Shown piece by piece: positions 44,335-51,668 of a DNA stretch of 64,000 bases. The notes under the pieces are model-generated. The model was not told the origin of the DNA. It worked only from the letters and a program-made list of their open reading frames with translations, and did not search any database. The DNA is from Candidatus Omnitrophota bacterium (GTDB lineage Bacteria > Omnitrophota > Gorgyraeia > 1-14-0-20-64-10), in assembly GCA_023248155.1 (NCBI GenBank), contig JAHFFE010000008.1, positions 6,515-70,514 on the forward strand, given 5' to 3'. How positions within the stretch are numbered: the first letter of the stretch is position 1; every line of letters starts with the position of its first letter. The translations under genes and the position numbers were made by a program.

Positions 44335-46401
44335 ATGATCAGAAAAACAATTACGGCGATAGTTGCCGGGTCGATGGCGCTGGTTTCTTCAGCGCCGGCA
44401 TCTCTTTTTATCAATTCTGCTCAGCCAGTTTGTCTGCGTTCCCTCCAGGGCGGTGAATCATTTAGAGTTATTTCGGGTATGGAAGAAAAACTAACTGCTC
44501 AAACAGTTACCGGTGCTTCCGATTCCGGAGCGCTCGATCGGCGTACTGTGCTTAAGGCAGGTGCTCTCAGCATAGGCGCTTCCATTCTAAAGTGGGCTCG
44601 ATTATTGCCCGACGATGCCATTTTTGGACAGGAGGGGAAAGCGGTGCAACCTAAAGGCGCTCTGTCTTTGCTGGCCAAAGAATTGGGTGGTAGAAGCGAT
44701 CTTTCGATCATTGTTTGGGATCCATCCAGCATCGGGGGACTTCCCGGTTTTTTTGATCGGGCAGTTCAGGCCGGCGTGACCCGCGTCTGGGTCAGCGGAT
44801 TCCGGTTCAATCAGATGGACAATGCCCGCCAGAAAGCTTTTTTTAATCAGGCTCGCGTTTCCGGCCTGCGCTCCATCGGGTTCATTGACGGTAATTACGA
44901 TTGGGCTAACAATCCCGCGTTTGTAAAATCACATTACGAAAAACTGATTGTCACACTAACCCAGTTTCACAATGATAAATTATTGGGTCGTCTCAAAATC
45001 GTGTTTGCGGCCGATATTGAGCCTTGGACCGGGCCCAATGGAAAGAATTGGAATGGTGATTTCAAGCCGTCGACCGACTTGGTTTGTAACTGCGTTATTC
45101 CGGAAATCAGCGGATTTGCTCAAAGAACAGGCCGTGTTGATAGAACAAATCTGATTACGCTCGTTATGCCATTCTGGTCTCAGAATGGTACGAAGCTGGA
45201 TAATGACCTCGTGGTTAAAGGAGTTGAAGATCTACCCAATACCACGCTGGCTCTGATGAGTTACCGGAATTCCGCTCTTGAAATCGAAAGTGTTCTTAAT
45301 GACACGCGAAGTCGTTTAAGAACAACACCGGCACGGGATCTCCGCTGGGCGTTCGGAGGAGAGACGCTTCCACCCGGTGAAGTAGGCGGGCAGCACGTCA
45401 CTTTTCACGGAAGATTAAAACGGGTTCCTCTGGAACTGTTGCGTGTGATCCGCCGGCTTTCGGAGAGTGAGCGTAAACAGTTGGATGAGGTTTTTATTCA
45501 TTTTGCAAGTCCTGTTGCCGCCGATAAAGCGATTAAGGAATGGCTGGAGAGTCCTGCTGAGGAACCGGCAAAAGGAAAAGATTTTTCAGTCAGAGGCGGC
45601 CAGGCAAAGATATCCAAAGATGGTTCGCGTCTGGAATTTCAAATGGATCTGGGCGATTTGGCCGATCAATCGTTAGTCGCTGTGGCACTGGTGAGAACCG
45701 ACACCTGGTATCCTCAACCGTATGATAATGCAAGCGCCCAGGTACCGGTGCAGGTGGATAAGGACGGTGTTGGCAATGTGGTCGTGTTTGCGGCCGACCG
45801 GAGCTCGTTTGTCGGAGAACAAACGAAAGGCCGCGCCGTGATCATTCTGACACCCACTGATTTTCAAGCTGTAGTAAAAGACAGACTCAACCCCGCACGG
45901 TTAGAACTCCGCGCTCAGAAAATCATCGTATTCGATAAAGAGGGAAAAGCCTCGGTTGTTAATCGGTTGCCTCGCGGCGGTCTGGAAGAATCGATCCGGC
46001 TTCCGGCGCATGCGACCGATGAACGCGTTATTATTTTGACGCCGGACACCGCTGTCGTCGGCCTGGAACTGCTGCGCGGATTTCGTCCCGAGGCAGGCGA
46101 GAAAATCCCGGTGGCGGTGATTGTGCGCAACGCGGTTCAACATTCCCAATTGCTTGATTTATTGGAGGCCCAGTCGATTCAGCTGCAGTTTCCGGTCGTT
46201 GACCTTTCTGAGACGGGCCAAAATCTTGGGGAGGCCATCGTTGCGCTTCAGGAAGATGCCTGGATTGCCTCTCTCAATCCGTTAGTGATCGACACGATGG
46301 CCGCGTTCCGCCAGCTGGGCACATTCCTCGGTATTCCTGAACTGGACCAGCGCCTGCTGGACAAATGGCTGGACGAACAGGGAGTCGCTTCCGCGGCGTA
46401 A
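44335..46401 (+). CDS. GxEE-family protein (~690 aa): Sec signal, SGMEE leader, internal Tat-like signal, DxE TIM-barrel glycosidase-like cargo, C-terminal tail
   Basis: Start is ATG 44335 (or 44326), not 44251, which overlaps the upstream gene; LDRRTVLK at ~44533; IVWD...AADIEPW...MPFW...LMSYRN...GGET aligns with the 56626 protein; GGLEE 45976. Confidence 0.88.
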   Translation: MIRKTITAIVAGSMALVSSAPASLFINSAQPVCLRSLQGGESFRVISGMEEKLTAQTVTGASDSGALDRRTVLKAGALSIGASILKWARLLPDDAIFGQEGKAVQPKGALSLLAKELGGRSDLSIIVWDPSSIGGLPGFFDRAVQAGVTRVWVSGFRFNQMDNARQKAFFNQARVSGLRSIGFIDGNYDWANNPAFVKSHYEKLIVTLTQFHNDKLLGRLKIVFAADIEPWTGPNGKNWNGDFKPSTDLVCNCVIPEISGFAQRTGRVDRTNLITLVMPFWSQNGTKLDNDLVVKGVEDLPNTTLALMSYRNSALEIESVLNDTRSRLRTTPARDLRWAFGGETLPPGEVGGQHVTFHGRLKRVPLELLRVIRRLSESERKQLDEVFIHFASPVAADKAIKEWLESPAEEPAKGKDFSVRGGQAKISKDGSRLEFQMDLGDLADQSLVAVALVRTDTWYPQPYDNASAQVPVQVDKDGVGNVVVFAADRSSFVGEQTKGRAVIILTPTDFQAVVKDRLNPARLELRAQKIIVFDKEGKASVVNRLPRGGLEESIRLPAHATDERVIILTPDTAVVGLELLRGFRPEAGEKIPVAVIVRNAVQHSQLLDLLEAQSIQLQFPVVDLSETGQNLGEAIVALQEDAWIASLNPLVIDTMAAFRQLGTFLGIPELDQRLLDKWLDEQGVASAA
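46288..46352 (+). repeat. Near-identical direct repeat with 51502-51566 (C-terminal tail coding sequence)
   Basis: 50 bp exact match ATCGACACGATGGCC...GGTATTCC, one mismatch, then 14 more identical bases. Confidence 0.9.
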
Positions 46402-46416
46402 TGTGGTGATAATCCT

Positions 46417-49400
46417 ATGAAAAAACAATCAGTTTTTTATCCTCGAAAAGTAATCGCTTTTTTTATTTTTTTGGTATTTCTTTCAACCAGCGTCGGAGTC
46501 AACCCATCGTCCAAAAATTTCCCGGATGTTTCGCCTGACGCGCTGCGAGCCGTTAGCGGCGCGGAGTCGGCGGCTCAGCCGGGACTTGAAGAGTCTCTGA
46601 AAGAATCCGCCGGCCTATCTCGCAGCGGATGGTCGCTTAATTGGCTGGCCGGTATTACATTTGCGTTAACGGCAGCGTTGGATTGGGGCGAACCGGTGGC
46701 TGCCCAACAGGCGCAGCCGTCCCCGTTCGTAGCGACCCTCGATAATTTTCCGTCCGGCCCGGAATACAGTCGTTCCTCTGAAACCTTGAACCGTTATTTG
46801 AAAACCCTGGTGCCGGAACTGCCAGGGCCGGTCATTCTGACGCCGGGCGCCACGGTCCGTATCATCGCTATTCATGAGACTAAAGACCAAACAGGAGAAA
46901 TCGACGGCGCCTATGTGACGCTGACGCCTTCGAAGGAAACGATTGTGGTGCGCGCCGGTGACAACCGCTGGCTGGTTCCCGCCGGTGTTTCGTTAAAAGT
47001 CCATATCGACCGCAGGAAAAAAGAAACGCGCGTTTACCGTGAATCGGAAGTCACACGGCTGGCGGTTGAATTATCTGACATTGCCGGGCTTTCTGATCTG
47101 ATGGACCGTTTTGATGTGGAGGGGCCGGTCGTTGGCGCAACGCGGTTTAAATCCAGCGGAAAACTGGTGATGGGAGGAATTATTTATCGCGACGGGGGCG
47201 TTCGCCATTGGAATATTGTGCCGATTGATCCGGGATCTTCCGTTACGGTGATCGCGCCCGATGGCACGGAATCGACGGTGCCGGCCTTAAAACCGTTGCG
47301 TTTGATTATTCAAGACGGACAAGCGCGCATTGATCCGAAACAGCAATACAGTTCGGTGCGAAAGCCGGCATTTTTGCCGCCGGCGGTAACAGGCCGCTTC
47401 GATGCGGTGCCGGTGGTCGAAAACCCGAGCCCGATCGTCCGATCGAGCCGTGCTGCTCAGCCGGTTCCGGCTGCTTCGGTCCGCCGTTTCATTCCGCCGA
47501 AATTGGATCCGGAACTTCCGAAAATTCCGGAGCTGCAACTGGTAGCGGCGATTCCATCCAGTGTGACGGCCCGGCCGGCCGCAGATTCTCAATTCACGGA
47601 CTCTCGCAAAAAAGAGCCGGCTCCAATGCCGATGCCGGCCGATCTGCCGCGGACGGCTCCGGTCATAGCAGCAGACCGCGTCCGTGTCCGGCAAAATCCG
47701 CGCAATCCGGATCTGTCTCCGAATGTTGGACGGAACGATTCGGGTCCCGGCCCGTCCTCTCCGGATATTGCCGTGAAAGATAGAACACCGGTTCCTCCAG
47801 CAGAGGCATCGCCGGTTGCGTTGGCTCCAATTGCAGCGGGGGAGGCTCCCGTTCGCCGTGTTGCACCGGTTCCTCCTGTGGATCTCCCGGTTCCGCCACC
47901 CTCCGTCGTAGCCGGTGGTAATTCTCTGGTCCGTTTGGATCGTTTGCCGCGCGAGCCGGCGGTTTCACCGGTGCCCGCTCGCTCGATTCCAGAAAGTGAG
48001 TTATTTTCGGAGAGTCTTAATTTCGCGGATCGATCGCCGGTGATTGACGCTCCTCAGCCACATCCGAAATTGGCCGAACCGCCGGTAGGTGTCGTTAATA
48101 CCACACGTCGCCGAGCCCCGGCGTCAAAGCCGGCGGAAGAGTTAATCTCTCCGGTGCCATTGTCAGAGCCACTTTCAGCGGAATCGACTGTTGAATTACG
48201 CAAGATTGAAGGGGATATCCTTAACAGCATGGCGCGATTACACCAGTGGGCCGTCGATGCTCTCAACAATCATGCGGCCCGCGTGGCCGAACAGCGGCAA
48301 AAGAAAGCAGGCACCCCGGCGGATAGAAACATTGCCGATTTCAACACGCTGAAAGCCGATGTCGATGCGGCAATGGGACGTGTTATTCTTGTCCTGCGCG
48401 ATTATGTCAGGGCCGATGGCCCGGCGCGCGCCGGTTTTTGGAACCGGTATCAACAGGCAGTCCAGAATTGGTTTGACGCGCGCGAGCGGCAGGTTGGCGC
48501 TTATCTGGAACTGGCCGATGATTTATTACAGCGCGATCGTCAGTCGGCTTCCAACCAAGGCAATACCAGCACGCGTGACCTAGAGCGGTCGCAGGCTGCC
48601 AGCGAAATTGCCGGATTCACGCTTCTGGAATTAACCGCCTTCCGTAATCTGTACGACGACCTCATTGAGCTGGGTGTTCCGGTTCCGTTCCTGAACGCGG
48701 CTATGCCCGATGAAATTGGTTACACGCCCTATTCCGTTCCGGTCATTCCCAGTTTGCAAAAGCCGGCAGCCGCGGCCGACCGTGCCCGTTTTTTAGAGAA
48801 GGCCTTCAATCAAATCGCCGAAATTTTACGGCTGAACAGTCAAAAACTGGGTGTTGATATCCGATTGCGTCTATCGGAATACCAGCGGTTTAAAAACAAT
48901 TTCTATTCCACTCCGCGGGGAGGCACGTTACCTCAAGGCACGAGCAGGGAAGAGATGAACTATGCCAGTTTTCTCAGGGATGAGGCGATTTTTCAGCGGG
49001 CCCAACAGCAGCGCCTTTCGGCTCAAATCAATTTTGTTGAAGCATTACAAGTTTTGTCGCAGACGCAGGGGCAGCCGTTTTTGCCGGCTGACAATGAACA
49101 GGTGCGTGCGGTTGTGGCCAACTATGCCGTTGAACATGGATACCCTCCTGACATTGGTCAGGAGGTGGTTATTTCGGTGGTTGGTTTAAGAACGGTGCGC
49201 GACACGATCTTTATCTCCGCCCAGGAACGGCTTTCGCGGGCGATCTCGGATGAAATGGCGGCGCGGGTTGTTCTGTCTCAAAAATTAATCGTCTACCTCC
49301 AGGATGACTTCAAACGGATGGTTCATGCCAACCTACGTGTTCCCGGCGCCTACCCTGCCTGGGACATTTTCGTTGCCGAATATAAACTCCGGCAGGCTCG

Positions 49401-51615
49401 GCAACAACTCGCGATCACTCAACTTGCGCAGGAAAACGATACGGTCAGAGCTCAGCTTGGTTTACCGCGCAGTAATATTGAGCTGGCTGTGCCGCCAGCA
49501 GTGCGCAGTATTCTGGAAACCAATAGACAGTCGCTTCTGCCGGGTTCTTCCATCACGGAATCAACGGATAGTTTTAAAGAATGGATTAAAGGGGCTGATG
49601 CCAGCGTTTTATCGCCGTTGGATACCGCAGAGAACCTTGCGGCCACTTTTCTGGGATTGGTAAATCCTCCGTCAGAGCCCAAGGCGGATGATTTGGTTCG
49701 CCGGCAGGCCGAAAACGAGCGGAAGATGCTCGAGGCCAAAATCAAGATGCTTGAAAACGAAAACTGGCTGGCCAAGGCGTTGGCCTCTATCCGTGAATCA
49801 ACCGAAGCAACCCATCCCGGATCTGTAACGAAGCCGGAATTGGAAGATGCCCGTAACTGGCGCGCGCAAATTGAACTGAGAAACGCGGAAATAGCCGTAA
49901 TTCGTGCCGATATCGTCCGGCTAGAACCTGGGTTGGATCCGGTCCGGTATGCCGAGCTAAGAGGGGAGTACAATCGGCTCGTTTTAGAGCGGTTGCGTGT
50001 TGCCAGCCGAGTTAATAGAGAGCGGATGGATGTTCTTGATGGCCGCTTGAAGATTGAGGGAATTCTGGAATTGAATGCCGAAGCCTGGAGGAGGTTTGAC
50101 GCCGCTTACGCGGCGGGTACTCCGCAACCTCTTAACCAGATTTTAGGACAACTCAGGAATGCGGGAGCTGTCCGCCGCACTGATTCCATTGACAGAGCGA
50201 TTCAAAGCTGGGGACAGACAAACGATTATGGCAAGCTGTTAGAACAAGCGCTCGCGCGTAATGAAGAACTGGTTCAACGGGGCGCTTCGCTCGATGCTCA
50301 CTCGTCTCGGCCGGCCTTGCCGACGCTTGAAACGGTTCTTTTCGATAATAGTAGTAAGTCGCAAACCTATCCGGATAACCGTTCCGAGGTTTTCACGGTC
50401 ACTTTGGGCAAAGGGGGAGTTCCTCAGCCGCTGCAGATTGCCGGCCCTTTCCGTATGGACGCGCTGGTTATTCCGTCCTATGTTTCTCCGCGTGTCGAGC
50501 CCTATCAGAATGCGCATGATGATCTTCGTCCCCGGGACTGGCAAGCTCCGCGCGATTCACTCGAGAAAGTCGATCTTCTTGACTCGACTGCGCCCACCGC
50601 ATCCGGCCGGTTCGGCGCCGGGTCTTTCTTCCGTTACCGGCAAACGCCCGCTCTTTCTTCCGAAAACACGACCGGCCTGTCGACATTCCTGAGGCCGGGT
50701 GTATTACGCGTCGATCCACGGGTGGCCTCTATGCCGGTTCCGGGCGTTCGCGCTTCATGGGATCCTAATAAGAAACAATGGACTTTGCCTGACAAGGCTG
50801 AAGACCGCCAGGTCGTTTATTTTTATCCGGTGCGTAAATTAGATATTGTGTTTGAAAATGGGAAATGGGTTCCCCGGGTAAATTTATTTGGAATTGTTCC
50901 TCAGCCTGTTTCGTGGAGAGAAGCGGGTCAACTGGCAGAAACACCCCAACGGACTTTAGGTCCGAACCGGAGCGTTTCGAGAGTGGGAGAATATGTAACC
51001 GATCCATTGACGGGGGATCCCTATGTTTCTTTTAATGTGGAGGGTGGTTTTTCCAGATACCGTATTAATGTGACCTCGTATCAAACCCCTGAAGGAAAAG
51101 TTGAGCAGGAGTTCAGTTTTATTTCCGAGACTATTGGCGATACCGATGCGCCGCGTTCTGCCATAATTGGAACCGCGGCCGCCGCATCCGGACAGGAAGA
51201 ATCGATTGTACTTCCGGCCGGCGCGACCAACGGCAATATAATTATTTTCACGCCAGAGACGGTCGAGGCTGGGGTTGAACTGATGCTGAATCGGTTTCGC
51301 TTGGCGGCCGGAGAGAAAATTCCGGTGGCCGTGATCGTGAGCGACGCCGTTCAGCATTCCCATGTTTTGGATTTACTGGAAGGCCAACCTGTTGAATTAC
51401 TGTTTCCAATCATGGACCTTTCCGTGACTGGAGATAGCCTGAAAGAGGCGATTGATGCGCTTGCGGCAGATGCCGAAAGTTACTCGCTAAAACCGCTGGT
51501 CATCGACACGATGGCCGCGTTCCGCCAGCTGGGCACATTCCTCGGTATTCCGGAACTGGACCAGCGTTTGCTGAACGAATGGCTGGATCAGCAGGGAGTT
51601 GTTTCCCAGGCATAA
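46417..51615 (+). CDS. GxEE-family protein (1,732 aa): signal, PGLEESL leader, second signal-like segment, Pro-rich linker, TolC/HlyD-like helices, beta module, tail
   Basis: DALR...PGLEESL (46579), Pro-rich ~47360-48180, paralogous motifs shared with 35565 and 40086, SGQEE 51187 before a tail homologous to that of 44335. Confidence 0.9.
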   Translation: MKKQSVFYPRKVIAFFIFLVFLSTSVGVNPSSKNFPDVSPDALRAVSGAESAAQPGLEESLKESAGLSRSGWSLNWLAGITFALTAALDWGEPVAAQQAQPSPFVATLDNFPSGPEYSRSSETLNRYLKTLVPELPGPVILTPGATVRIIAIHETKDQTGEIDGAYVTLTPSKETIVVRAGDNRWLVPAGVSLKVHIDRRKKETRVYRESEVTRLAVELSDIAGLSDLMDRFDVEGPVVGATRFKSSGKLVMGGIIYRDGGVRHWNIVPIDPGSSVTVIAPDGTESTVPALKPLRLIIQDGQARIDPKQQYSSVRKPAFLPPAVTGRFDAVPVVENPSPIVRSSRAAQPVPAASVRRFIPPKLDPELPKIPELQLVAAIPSSVTARPAADSQFTDSRKKEPAPMPMPADLPRTAPVIAADRVRVRQNPRNPDLSPNVGRNDSGPGPSSPDIAVKDRTPVPPAEASPVALAPIAAGEAPVRRVAPVPPVDLPVPPPSVVAGGNSLVRLDRLPREPAVSPVPARSIPESELFSESLNFADRSPVIDAPQPHPKLAEPPVGVVNTTRRRAPASKPAEELISPVPLSEPLSAESTVELRKIEGDILNSMARLHQWAVDALNNHAARVAEQRQKKAGTPADRNIADFNTLKADVDAAMGRVILVLRDYVRADGPARAGFWNRYQQAVQNWFDARERQVGAYLELADDLLQRDRQSASNQGNTSTRDLERSQAASEIAGFTLLELTAFRNLYDDLIELGVPVPFLNAAMPDEIGYTPYSVPVIPSLQKPAAAADRARFLEKAFNQIAEILRLNSQKLGVDIRLRLSEYQRFKNNFYSTPRGGTLPQGTSREEMNYASFLRDEAIFQRAQQQRLSAQINFVEALQVLSQTQGQPFLPADNEQVRAVVANYAVEHGYPPDIGQEVVISVVGLRTVRDTIFISAQERLSRAISDEMAARVVLSQKLIVYLQDDFKRMVHANLRVPGAYPAWDIFVAEYKLRQARQQLAITQLAQENDTVRAQLGLPRSNIELAVPPAVRSILETNRQSLLPGSSITESTDSFKEWIKGADASVLSPLDTAENLAATFLGLVNPPSEPKADDLVRRQAENERKMLEAKIKMLENENWLAKALASIRESTEATHPGSVTKPELEDARNWRAQIELRNAEIAVIRADIVRLEPGLDPVRYAELRGEYNRLVLERLRVASRVNRERMDVLDGRLKIEGILELNAEAWRRFDAAYAAGTPQPLNQILGQLRNAGAVRRTDSIDRAIQSWGQTNDYGKLLEQALARNEELVQRGASLDAHSSRPALPTLETVLFDNSSKSQTYPDNRSEVFTVTLGKGGVPQPLQIAGPFRMDALVIPSYVSPRVEPYQNAHDDLRPRDWQAPRDSLEKVDLLDSTAPTASGRFGAGSFFRYRQTPALSSENTTGLSTFLRPGVLRVDPRVASMPVPGVRASWDPNKKQWTLPDKAEDRQVVYFYPVRKLDIVFENGKWVPRVNLFGIVPQPVSWREAGQLAETPQRTLGPNRSVSRVGEYVTDPLTGDPYVSFNVEGGFSRYRINVTSYQTPEGKVEQEFSFISETIGDTDAPRSAIIGTAAAASGQEESIVLPAGATNGNIIIFTPETVEAGVELMLNRFRLAAGEKIPVAVIVSDAVQHSHVLDLLEGQPVELLFPIMDLSVTGDSLKEAIDALAADAESYSLKPLVIDTMAAFRQLGTFLGIPELDQRLLNEWLDQQGVVSQA

Positions 51616-51668
51616 TCGTTTGTTTAAAGTGCGTTTAGTCCTTGTTTTTGAGATAAAATAGTAATGGA

